The translations under genes and the position numbers were made by a program. Under the pieces are notes generated by a model. That model searched no databases, had not been told where the DNA came from, and saw nothing but the letters and a program-made list of their open reading frames with translations. A stretch of DNA of 64,000 nucleotides from Daphnia carinata (lineage: Eukaryota): contig NC_081332.1 of assembly GCF_022539665.2 (NCBI RefSeq), positions 6,510,001 to 6,574,000 on the forward strand. The letters are read 5' to 3'. Shown in pieces: positions 17,612 to 30,100 of the stretch (position 1 is the first letter of the stretch; every line of letters starts with the position of its first letter).

Positions 17612-17946
17612 CGTTTCGCCTGTATGCGAGGACAACAACCCGTTAAGGCAATGTCCGACACATTTGAAACAGTTTTCGCGGAGACTAAAGGGGACAGACG
17701 GGCGAGGCTTGCGAACGGCCCAGATCGGGAGATGGCCCGACACGCTCACTCGTCAAACGATCGGATGGCAAACTATTCCGTCGCAACAAAAAAGGGTGGG
17801 GATTCCAGTTCGATCAACGTCAATTATCTCAACTGCCAGAATAGCGCGCAAAACTTTCGGTGGTGTTGCTGGTAGCCAATCAGATTATGACCAGGCAAAA
17901 TAGGTCAGCGGACCTGGCACATTGCAGGTTATTCTATCTACCTTTC

Positions 17947-17977
17947 TTTTCTCTCTCTCTCTCCCTCTCTCTCTCTC
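17947..17977. repeat. (CT)n microsatellite
   Basis: Interrupted ctctct run, seen directly. Confidence 0.85.
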
Positions 17978-18078
17978 TTTTTCATGTTTCTAGGTGATAA
18001 CTGATCCAACCAATCCGTCCATTCGACATTGTTTGATTTGTGATTAATGGTTATCTATTTAAATCGATTTAGGCTTAC

Positions 18079-18293
18079 CGTTCTTTTTTTTTTTTTTTAG
18101 TTAGGACTTGTTGTCAGGTACGAAGTGCGAAAGAGCGCGCGATTCACTTAATGATGAACCGTTGACAACTGAAGCGATGCGGAGGATGACGAACAATTCA
18201 GTTGAAAACAGCAACGAAAAGAAAAAAAAAAAAATTCAGTAAAGAGGAGGCAAAGCGCACTGCTAGACTTGAACTGGATCAAAACTTGACTGA
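18079..18293 (-). other. Putative non-coding first exon of the CG43897-like gene
   Basis: Arthropod Inr-like TCAGTC at 18293-18288 on the minus strand; ends at donor CG|GTAAGC (18079/18078); no ORF. Confidence 0.45.
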
Positions 18294-18428
18294 CCGACCC
18301 GGTCTTGGATGGCGCTGTTGCTGTTAGCAAGCTTTCTCCTCCTCACTCCTGCGAAGCTGATATAGCGGCGGCAGCAACAGCTTCCTCCTGCCCGTTTTCT
18401 CAATACGGCAAACACCTATGAAAAGATT

Positions 18429-18438
18429 CTATATTTAG
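18429..18438. promoter_or_regulatory. MEF2 consensus site CTATATTTAG
   Basis: Exact match to YTAWWWWTAR, about 140 bp upstream of the putative Inr. Confidence 0.4.
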
Positions 18439-18452
18439 AGAACACTGTGTGA

Positions 18453-18492
18453 AGAGGGAGAGAGGGAAAGAGACAGAGAGAGAGAGAGAGAA
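18453..18492. repeat. (GA)n-rich tract
   Basis: gagagaggga...gagagagagagagag, seen directly. Confidence 0.8.
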
Positions 18493-21400
18493 GGAGATCG
18501 GGAGTGAGCGGGAGGGTGGTAAACTGAATCTCGCTTGACGCCGCGGGACTAAATCAGTTCGCAGGCTCCTTTCTTTCAAGCCCCTCTTTTTCGTTCTGGG
18601 TGCACGTCCGCTGCTAAACTGCAACTCAGATATTGTCGACCGCCTCGTTTGATCTTTCCTCTCGCCAATCGGCTGAAGTAAGTCTCAATTTTGTCCAAAT
18701 CCAAACGATCCATTCTCTGTGAAAATGAAGAATCGTGCGCAATGTCCGTGAAGGTCACAACGTGGTCTCCCCCCAATTTGCGTGTAATAAAATAGCGTGC
18801 GGATTCATGCGATCCACGGATCCAAAAAAAAAAAAAAAAAAAATACCATTTTCATTAGTTAACCACAATTAGTTGTCACATCAACGAGAATAAGCCACGC
18901 GTTCCGATTGGAATTCACATCCAGGAAGTGCGTGCCGTTAGGGTTGTACATGTGTGCGTGCAGTACGTAACCCGGTTTTTACTGAGCATTTCTTTTAGTG
19001 TTGCCTTGGCAGTGTCAACGGGCTGAACCCACGCCCGTGCACTCAGCCATAAAATCCCTCTGCCAACGCGCGTGGCGATAATCATCTATTGGATGGCAAA
19101 GCAGGAACTGAGACACCCAAACAAGTATATAATTGGTCATTTGGTTTGCCATTCCGTTGGCATCATTGTCTGTGGCTTTCAACTTTTCCGTATTTGAAAT
19201 ATTAATCTTGACGACCGCAGACAAGATAAGCATTTGCATCTGCGTCCCTCTTCCGAGCGTTGCGAAACTTGCCGTTAAGGCGTCCTCAGCGAGAGCCACA
19301 TACGTAACCATCGAGGAATCCGAGTCGACATATAAGACGCTAAGATTTATGGATGTGCATTATGCTCTTTTGGGGAGAAAAAAACAAACGCTGCCAGCTT
19401 CGTTTTGACACTTATGAAGCTGTCCTTAACGTTTATGTTCAGCTACGGATGCTGGTTGAGCGTCATAAAGTCATGATGTTGGGAGCCCCAACGTTCCTTT
19501 GAAGCCAGAACCCAAAGCGATCGAGGCTGTTCACTTGTTACTCATTTTCCGACGAATCGCCATTTGAGAAAGCTTTGGGAAAGCTATGGTTTGAATTTAT
19601 CCTCGCCCGGTTGTAGGGCATAGTTTGATGAACCGAGGTTGGGATTCCAAGAAGAAGGCTTTTACCTCAAGCAGTCTAGTGACACGCGCAACAACAAAGG
19701 ACGTTGCGTGTTCTTTACTGTAAGAACTCCAAATCCAGTTGAATATCGCACGGTGAACTAATACAAAAAATTTCAGTTTCTTTGATTCCTTGCTCTTCCG
19801 TGTCCTTAACAGAGAGCATGTGTTCGCCAAACGGCCATCACCCTAGTTTCCACTCGTCAATTTAGAGTCAACGCTCGATGGGTATGTTGAACGCATAGCC
19901 ATCACGTCAGGTTACAATTGTAAATATGTTTATCCAGTTAGCCGTCAACATTTTTGCATAATAAAGGTTGTTCGTCAGCGCCCCGGAATCGCTAGTAACA
20001 ATGCGTTTGGACTTCTTATAGTCTACAGTTTGCCCTGCTTCAGATACCCCACCATTTAAAAATGTCTGAAATTTTATAACTGAACGTAGAGTACCACTGT
20101 TGTGGAAGTAACTGTATTTTTCTTTTTTTCATTCATAAACAAAGCTTTGATTTCTTTTCTGTTCACAACTTTAAAGTAGTAGTGTTAAAGCTACAACATA
20201 ATCATAGCTTCTGATCATACATCAATGCTTTGCCACTAGGCAAGAAAACAAGTTCACCCAAACGCAATTACGATGTACAATTGATTGATGACATAAAAAA
20301 AATTGAATAGAACTGTCATGGCTTTGGCTTGCGCACTATGGTCATTAATGTCACTTGACGTGTTCCTCTATAATAAACGGGATATCAGTACTACCGTATA
20401 TATGTGGATAGTTACAAGCTACTGTGGGACTGAATTTTGAGTGAACCAATGCCAAAAATAGGAAAATAAATTTAACAGAGGACAGCTAATATTTGTGGAC
20501 AGAGTAATCTAGAAGAGCCTACTTTAAAAATTTGATTAAAATAAAAACATTATCAGATGGATAATTGTGATCCTGTTGGTCTACATGTTCGCCCTCATTA
20601 TTTCTTACCCATAGAAACCGAGAGGCAACTACGTGATTGTTGACACTATACCGGCCTGTTTATACCATAGCTGATATATTTACCTATACCTTTGGCCCTT
20701 CACCTGAACCATGGCCGCCTAGATAATTATAAGCCTGATTGGCTTCTAAAATTGTTTACTTTTAGCCGGATCCTAATAAATAAATGCCCGTGTCAAAATG
20801 TTTTAGCCTTCTACGGCGATACGCAGGAGTTCATATTTAACGAAAAGTCGATCATGAGAATAAATTTTTTAAAATAAATTTTTGAGCACTGAGTATTTAC
20901 ATAATTACTTTACTGGTCGGAAGTTGCTGTGTGAAAGGAGGATTGCAAGAATACAAACGAGGACAAAGATAAGAAAGCTATGCTGTTCAAAAGCGTTATT
21001 TGAAATCTATGGTTTTTGGTTGTTTCCGTCATTTTAACACAACTTTGAAATCTAGTGTTAAGAAGTAATTTGCAACTTCCCTACATTACAGAAAAAATTG
21101 TTGGACTAAACGTAGTGGGCCATCTATGACTGATTTAAAACCAATGCATGCTGCCGAAGCATAGTTTTGCTTTATAAAATGTTTTCTTTCTGTACGTCAG
21201 ATGGCATTGCGTGGTTATTGCGGATGGGCTGAAGTTGAAGGGCTGGCGCGCTTGACAACTTACAGCGCTTATTTGGCACGGGCGAAACGGGTATACTCCA
21301 TGATTGTTTGCTAGAAGGCTACACCAAATATGCGTAATTCTTCATGTGTCAATGACGTCGTCTCCGGGTTCAATTGTGTCGGTGGTATATGGTTATCCGG

Positions 21401-21964
21401 GCATGTCGTGAGCTACGTTCCGAACCCTGTTTTTCTAGATAGCCACCATCAGAATGCCAGATTGTTGCGTGTCCAACAAGTGAGACATACATTAATCTAG
21501 ATAACGACATTTACCTTAAAAAATTACGTAAGCCTTAAGTCCCATTCACTTTTCAAAGGGTTTAAACGAGAACTTGCGTCTAGTTCTTTTTAATGGAGCA
21601 TGGGTATTTTGAAACTCTTTAAGGTAACATAATAACTAGGCACTTTTGTTTCTCATGAAAAGTCCTATAAAATGATTTATTTCTTGTCACTCAGTTCTCA
21701 AGAGTTCTCAATTGGGACTCATGTTCCCAAGAGGAAATGGGATTAAAGTATAGCAGGCTCTTTCTCTTATCCTTGTTTTCTAATATTATTTTTTGGTGAC
21801 CTTTGGTTTGTTTTTATCAACTGAGCTTGGAACTTTTAAGATAAATAGTCAGGATATTCAACTATCCATCATTCCCATTTTAGAAAGAAAGATTTGTATT
21901 CATGTTGTCTCCATGAAACTATACATTCAATATCACTACTGCTTTGCGAAAAGGTTTGCTTAGA

Positions 21965-23306
21965 ATGGAGAAGGACAGAACCATGGACAAAAGCAGATCT
22001 TCTGAAGTGAGTGAACAATTGTTGTTTAAGGCAAAAGAAGAGCTTGGTGAAACTGATAGTATTAGAGAAGAATCTGTGAATCTCATTAAGGAATGGATCC
22101 AAACCCATCACACTGACTACTCTCATTTAGGTAATTATTTTTGAATTGTTATTTTGTTGTGTTTTAAACAACCATTACTATTGAACTCAATGTAGATGAT
22201 CAGTCAATACGATGGTTCCTTCGTGGCTGCAAATTTAATGTACAAAGAACAAAACAACGGATAGATAACTTTTTTCTGTTTCGGGCTCAAGTCACAGAAT
22301 GGTATTCAGGTAGAGATCCACTTTCCCCAGAAATCCTAGATATTCTGAACCTTGGGTAAGTGTCTAACGGACTTCCTTACCACACATGCATTCTTTTAAT
22401 ATTTTGTACTAGGACTGTCTTGCCATTACCAGGACGTGATGATGATGGAAGAAAAGTGGTTATTATTCGTGCAACTATCCATGATGCTTATAAACATAAG
22501 CAAGATGATGTATTCAAAGTATGTATAATCAACTTGAATTGAAAAATCCATGAGCTAGTTTATGGATACTTACAAATCTCATAAACATTAGGTAATGAAC
22601 ATGATTATAGAATTAATGTGCCGTGACGATGAAGCTACGTCTATCACAGGAGTAGTTTGTGTCGTGGATTTGAAAGGTATTGGAAATTCAGAAGTTTCAG
22701 AAATCTATTTTGTTTACTTTATTTAAGAAAAATAATTGAAATATTTATTAAAGGTGTTGGAATGGGCCACGCAATGCAAATGACGCCTTCTGTGATTCGT
22801 AAAGCAGTCAATTCTTGGCAGGTATCGATTATCTGACGGTAAAAAAAATCATAAACTGGAAATAATATGATCATAAAAATTTAGGACGTCAATCCAATCC
22901 GTACGAAGGCAATGCACTACATTAACACTCCACTGAATGTTCATGTTGTAATGAATATTTTCAGAACATTCATGAAAGAAAAACTCAAACGCCGAGTAAA
23001 AACTTGCTGTAGATCTTTGCTTATTCCCAACAATATTGATGGTTTTTTCTTCTAGCTGCATTTACACAGAGGCGACAGTACGAAAGTGCTCACTTCACTC
23101 ATTCCTTGCGACAATTTACCAATGGAATACGGAGGAAATGGACCCGCAATCGATTTCTTAATAAGTACGTATTCAGATTTTATTTGCCTGTATTTGGTTC
23201 TAATATATTTTAGTTTAATTTTTCAGATAAGTGGAAAGATCGTGCTATAGCAAACAGGGAGTGGTTTATGAACCCAGAAAAACATGGACCATTTTCTCCT
23301 TTTTGA
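21965..23306 (+). CDS. CRAL-TRIO (Sec14-like) lipid-binding protein, alpha-tocopherol transfer protein/clavesin/pinta-like, 8 exons
   Basis: Spliced in frame: AKEELGET…DDQSIRWFLRGCKFNVQRTK…GRDDDGRKVVIIR…GVVCVVDLKGVGMGHA…PIRTKAMHYINTP…FMKEKLKRRLHLH…LPMEYGGNG. Stop TGA at 23304-23306; all seven introns GT-AG. Confidence 0.93.
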
Positions 23307-24149
23307 GCTTTGGAAAATGTTGGACATTCGTTCTGAAGGAAAATGTATTTTTTCCCATATTTTCGTGAATTTCCATTTTTGTTCCTAAAGTTCATGCTAT
23401 TGCATTGGACAAATAGTAAGATGCAATTATTGAACTGAGACAAACATATTTCTCCCTTCGTTTTTGTATTTCCAAAATGACTTCAACATTCGGTATATTT
23501 TCGTTTACGTTTCCTAATCATTTTTTTTTTACTCGAAATACGATATATACTTACGAAATTGGTTCTGTTGCACTGCATTTTTTTTTCAGGCTCACATTAC
23601 ACCGTTTTTCTGTTGCTGTTGATCGCGGCTCGTGAGAGCCGGACTGTTTTGTCACGGTAGTCTCAAATCTATACCTGTTGTTTAAGACATACAGAACGAC
23701 CTACTAATCCTAATTGTGAATTAGAAGATTGTCGTACGATTTGGGCTAGAAAAAAGAGTCGTGTGCGTCGAACAATTAATTCAGCTTCGCAATACGCAAC
23801 CAGGCGCCGTTAATTTAATTTGCTAAGTATAGAACTGGATGGGGTTTAAGCTGATGTAATTTTTAAAATACTTCTCCAAAAATGTACTGGTTGTAAGAGA
23901 ACGGAATGCTACCAGTTAAAAAATTTTAAGGTATTGTTTGTGATGAATGGAAATAGCTAAAACTAATTGCCAACATAAAAAATGTCGCAAGCGCTTGCCG
24001 CTTCAACAGTCTTCACTTCCAATGGGCTACGGGCCCGTTCGAGTTGAATGAGGACCGCCCAAAGAGGGAGGGGTAGGCGATGTACCAACGGGATTGTTTT
24101 CACGAGTGCGGCAACGCAGCGAAGAATTTTAGTTAGTAGTGAAGTAAAT

Positions 24150-27100
24150 ATGGCGATACGATGGGTGTGTGTAACTCTCCTCTGCCTTGCAACTTGTCAA
24201 TTGTGTATTAGTTCTTCTCAATTCCTTCCAAATTTGGGTGAGTGCCATACATAATCGTCCAAGGATCACAGTTTGCTCTTGACATCAATTTCTCGTCAAT
24301 TTCCCTAAAACAATACTGGCTCATATCATCTGACATTCATTCGTTTGGGGAAGACGAAGGGCGATGGCCTAGCCGTTGTTTTTCTTCGGGATTCTTCCGA
24401 TCCGGGAAATATTTAGTTTACCGCTCGTCGCCGGTGCCCTCCCTTTTCCCCTTTCTCGTACCGTTTGCCTGCTATTCGAAAAATCGTGTTTCGTTGCATT
24501 TTCGAGCATTCGGCAGCGGTTGGACTCATTGTTATTGCTCGTTGACGTCCCTCAAAGTCACGAGCTATGAGTCATAATACAAAAGTTACACACACTACAC
24601 CTTGAGGGGGTTCCGCAATCGCCTTGCCTGGTCATTCAAACATAATTGTTGCCGCAGGAAGCAACTGCCTCACGAGTGGATTTCGTAGCACGACGCTAGC
24701 CTTCTATTTCGTTTCACCGTCGACGCTCTTACACACGGCGCCGGTGATATTGATTTCAAAGGCCATCTTTTTTTTGTTGTTTGTGTGTGTGTTGAAGGGG
24801 GAAAGTCATAGTTGCAAAATTGTGTATTTCTGCCACAGCAAATGGGATCGTTAACAATTCCCAGGAACGACATTGCGTTTTAAGCCATGACGAGTAAATG
24901 GCGCTCCTTGAGGTCATCGTTTTTGGGCTTAAGACCTCCCGCAGATGATTCCACCCGTCTTATGTATCAAGCTTCGGTGCATACATTGCCCAAAAACTCA
25001 AACGTCAGCTTGTTTCGCTTTTTATTTATACCTTAATATGAGATGGCAGGCATGCATGTTGGCTGATTCGTCGTAGAGTGGGACACAATGAGTTGTGCGT
25101 AGGAGTCGGCGGAGAAGGAAGTTAGAAAACCAACAGCAGGAACATCACAAAAAGCTGTGGAGTACGGGATTTAAAAAAAAAAAAGAGGGGTGGGCGAGGG
25201 ACGGAGGCACGTCCGTGACGGGCAATTTCAGTCGATTGGGCGCCGCGCCAAGCTGGTTCTTTGCCCTCATTGGAACAAAATGTACACTGATACACTAAGA
25301 AATGGAACGAATTCCAGTTCTTCATGGAACGTTCCCAAAACTCGTTTTTCTCATAACAACTCTTCGGATCGTGTGTTTTTCTTTTTTTTTCTTATTTTTT
25401 TATTTTTTTTTTTTTGTTTTTATTGTTTTTTTTTAAATATTTATTTATTTATTTTTTTTTTTTTGGTCCTCTTTTCCCATTTTCTGGTTATTCTCTGTGT
25501 CAGCTGCTTCGGGTAATGACATTATCCTTGGGTTCAAAACCGGCAAACAGGCTCTTCCGCTTTCGAAACTAGACGAAACGTAGGGGAGGTGAACGAAGAG
25601 ACGCAGGACGTGTATGGAAGTTGTTTTTATGGTTTTAAAAGATCTAATCTGCTGCGTGCCCGTGAAGAGTTGAAAGTAGTTACGTCGCAGCACAAAAATT
25701 TACTTTAGCAAAACAATGCGTCCCCACACTCGCTCATCCCTTTTTTGGTCGAACATCTGCCCAACGCTACCGGCCATTATAGAGAAGTGGGGTAACTAGA
25801 AGGTTTCATTTGTTCTATTCCCATAGTTTGTCATTAGTCTAGACAAAGTGTAATACAAAAAATAAATTTAAAAAATAAGGTAACAGTCAGGGTTTTCTTG
25901 AATTGTTGCAACGTTTAGCTATTACATGTTGTACTACCTTCAGCTCCTTACGCACAGCCACACGGTTTATGTCTGCAAGGCCTTCGTGAGCAGCTCGACA
26001 AGGACACTTTGTGGACACCTCAAACTGTTGCCAGTCTGTTAGAGGCCGAGTAATTCAAAAGCTGTAACGTGCACAGGATAGACATTGTTTCAGGAAACTT
26101 AAGCTTCAGGAGCGGGCAAGGGAACAGCTCGAGGGTAAATTGTAAGCTTTTTGTTTGCGTAATTCAAGACGGTGGTGAGTGAAAAGCAAGGACCCGTTTC
26201 CTTTCAATAAATTATAATGGTGGGTCGGAGTGTTCTCCCCTTCGCCTCTATTCTTCCTGAAAGAGACAGCCAGCACTCGTTCGAAATTTGTCGAAAGATA
26301 AAAGAGCATCAAGCCACACCAACAATCTATTGTGGTTTCCGGTCGTCTGTCGTTTAGAGGACGTTTACATGTGCGTGCCTGCGTGTCTTTTTTTAATGAA
26401 CTGCACCATTTAGTTAAGCTTTTTTTTTTTTTGTTATTTGGGGGATGTCAATTCATTTCAGTTGTTTGTCGCATGAAAGTTGCAGTTAATCATTCTTTTG
26501 GGGGACTTTTTTTTCAGGACGAGCCGAGTCTCAGTTTGCACGGCACCGCACATTTCGGCCGTTCGTTTATCATGGCCGCGAAAAGCGGCAACTACAACAC
26601 ACACGGCGTGAGGTAAACGCCGGCCTATTTAAACTTCTTTTCACTTTTTTTCCCCCTAGATCGCTAACTTCATTTCATTTTTCTCACTTAGAACGGCCAC
26701 GTCAACGATTTGTCAATCATCTATTCTTTGGATAATGATTCTTATATACTGGATCTTCGATTAAATAGGTCAGATTTCCCGGACGTATCCACAATGCAAG
26801 TGGTTTCAGATGTAGATTTGTTCATTTAATTCTTCTTGTCTTTCGTCGTCAACAGAGATCTGCTGCCTGATGGATACTTTGAAAAGTACCATCAGAACGG
26901 CGAGGAAATTACTCAACGGGCCAACGGCACGGCCAAAGAAGCCCATCTGTGCCAGTACCAAGGGCAGATTCGCCACGTTCCGCAGTCATGGGCGGCAGTG
27001 TCGACGTGTGCCGGATTAAGGTAAATACTCTCCGAACTCAATTTCCGGCCTGTTGATACAAGCTCCAGCACAAACAGTCCTCTTATTTGTTTACGTTCAT

Positions 27101-30100
27101 TCGTCCTCCATCGAAAGACTTAAGGTCAATCTGAAGGACAGTTGAATCTGGGCATCTGCTTTTTGTGACCGTCGATGTACAATAATATTATGGATTCTTA
27201 TAGTTGAATAGTTTGGATTATTTCAAAATTCATGATTTCGTGTCATTTTTCATTAACCACAGAGGTGTGATATTTGATGGCAAGGAGCTTCACTATGTGG
27301 AACCGCAGAGTGGTTCGTCGCTGGACGATGAACATATTTGGATGAAGCATTCTGATTTGACCGCCAACTTCTCCTGCGGTGAGTTCCTGTTCACATCTCG
27401 CTAATATGCATGTTCAATATATATTTGTCTCTTTCGTTTTAATGTAGGAACGCACTCCGCCTTGCCCCATTCTAGTCACAGCCATCCGAGGGTAAGTGAA
27501 CAATTGCTAAGGTCATATCAGCGGCAGGACGTATTTTTGACGTTGTACATATCTTCTTAGGCGAGGCGACAAACAGATTTGCCTTCAGGCACACCTGCAG
27601 CCAGTGGCCCATTTAAAGCTAATAGCCGTTCCCGTTACGTCGAGCTAGTTCTTGTTGTCGACAATAAAAGCTATGAAAGTCAAGACAAAGATCTCAACCG
27701 AGTCTTTAGACGATGCAAAGATATTGCCAACATTGTCAACGCGGTAATTTTCAATTTGTCGAAGCCGATTGAAAGCATGATGCGTTCATATATTTCCTTA
27801 CAGCTTTACGCGCCTCTCAACATCTTTGTGGCCTTGGTCGGTATCGTTGTCTGGTCGGAGAAGGACGAAATTCAAATTTCCGTTAAAGGAGATGAGACAT
27901 TGACCAATTTTTTGCATTACCGACGCGTCCGGTTGGCGAAAGAGCACCCCAACGACAATGCCCAGCTGCTGACGTAAAGGCTTTTCCTTTTACTTTTGAG
28001 TTGCATTAGATTTCGTCGTTATTAATTTTTTTTTTTATTGGTGCAGTGGAGTACAATTTCAGGGCGGAGTAGTGGGCAAAGCTCTCAAGGGCCCGATGTG
28101 TACGTACGAATTCTCCGGTGGAGTGGCGATGGATCACAGTCCAACAGTCGGTCTAGTCGCCACGACGGTGGCTCACGAAATGGGTCACAATTTCGGCATG
28201 GAACACGACAACGACTCTCTGTGCCATTGTCCAGATGACAAATGCATCATGGCGGCGTCTTCTAGGTTTGCTTTCTAACAGTCCTAATAATCCTTCCCAA
28301 ACAGTTTATATGAAACTAAACGATTAATGTTACTTGAATAATGTAGTGCGGTCAGTCCCACTCACTGGAGCTCTTGCAGTTTGGAAAATTTGGCATTGGC
28401 GTTTGAGCACGGAATGGATTATTGTTTGCGTAACAAACCAGTGAGGTTGTTCATTTATGCAATGGATAATGCATGAGAATGAAAGTGATACTGAAATTTC
28501 TACTTCTCTTTTGCAGCCTATTCAAAAGTCCAGAGTGTGGCAATATGTTTGTTGAAGACGGTGAAGAATGCGATTGCGGGCTTCCGGGACGATGTGACAA
28601 TCCTTGCTGTAATCCCCATACATGCAAGTTACACGTCAACGCCACTTGTGCCACCGGTGATTGTTGTGACCTTGCTGTACGTAAAGTTTAGGCTGCCTCT
28701 TGCAAAGACATTTATTTTATGAGTTGTAATTGTTTCTTTTTTAGACGTGTCGCATGAAAAATGCAGGCTCCCCCTGCCGATCTTCTTTACAAGAATGCGA
28801 TCTCCCAGAATTTTGCACAGGGAAGAGTGAATATTGCCCAGTGGATCTCCATAAGTTGGACGGCACCTCTTGCGGGCAAGATAAAGTATGCCTTCCGTAA
28901 ATTGTTTCGATTCCCTTCCCATTTACTAATTTCTAAATTTCTTTTCTTTTCTGGCATAAAGGCTTACTGCTACGAAGGATCCTGTCGGAGCCATTCAGAC
29001 CAATGTCGGCTTCTCTGGGGACCCTCGGGCAAAGGCTCCGACGCCAAGTGCTACGATCAGAACACGCACGGCAACAAGACGGGTAACTGCGGCTACCTCA
29101 AGTTCAACGACACCTTCACAAAATGTCGCGACGAGTACGTTCCTATTTTTAATGTGACATGACGCCATTACGGAAGTTTCTGATTTCTATCCTTTTCCTC
29201 CTAAATTTAGAAACATTCACTGCGGTTTGCTGCACTGTTCCCATTTGAACGAAAGGCTGGAATTCGGCATGGAGTCGGTTGCCGTCTTGTCTCATTCGTT
29301 TTTCAACGTTGACGGGAAAATTATTCCATGCCGAACGGCCAATGTCGATTTGGGTCTGCAAGATGTTGACCCCGGTCTGGTGCCCAATGGCGCCAAATGT
29401 GGGCAAAATAAGGTTTGTTTTTTGTGCCCGTGTGTTTCAAGAGCCATTAGGTATATCAGTTTGTCTGCCGACAGATGTGTGTTGATCAGCGCTGTGTTGC
29501 CGTTTCGTCAATCATAAAACCAGGATGCCCACAAAAATGCGGCCAGAACGGCGAGTGCAATAACTTAGGTAAATGCCACTGCAAAGTCGGATTTGATCCA
29601 CCGTATTGCCAACATTTTGGGGCTGGAGGCAGTGAAGATGGAGGGCCAGCATCCGATCCCAATGGTAAGTGTAAACAAACTTACTTTATTAACATAACAG
29701 TAAAAATTTCATGTGTTTTTTATTTTTAATCGTTTAAAAATTCTATATACAGTGCGCAATGGCTTCGTGGTTGCCATGTTTATCATTTTCCTTGGCATCT
29801 TTCCCATCATGGCACTCGCATTCTGTTGCTGGTACTGCTGTCGTGAACGACAGCAAAGAACTCAACTTTGGGCCAAAATTATGGGCGGGCCAAAATTATC
29901 ATTGCCGTACGTATTCATTTCTTCCATCGTGAGAAAAATCTGCGCATTCGTCCTCAATCTGTTTAGAACCAGAACTCCGCAACTGATATTTCGTACCCCG
30001 TCCGCATCGGTAGCCAATCGGCAATCAGTTAATGTAATATCAGTCGAAACAAATAACGCACATATTAGTCACGCTAAGCGCGCTGAGGAACAGTTTCAGA

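Noticed and set aside
16531..17903. Long ORFs in the track (291 aa, 142 aa and others)
   Set aside because: Open frames come from poly(T)/poly(A) and (CA)n low complexity (Phe/Lys/Cys runs); no domain or consistent splice pattern.
19015..19830. Higher-complexity stretch with hydrophobic translations, vaguely like a decayed membrane-protein or GPCR-like gene
   Set aside because: Needs several frameshifts and stops, and shows no diagnostic motif; a frameshift-aware tblastx would be needed.
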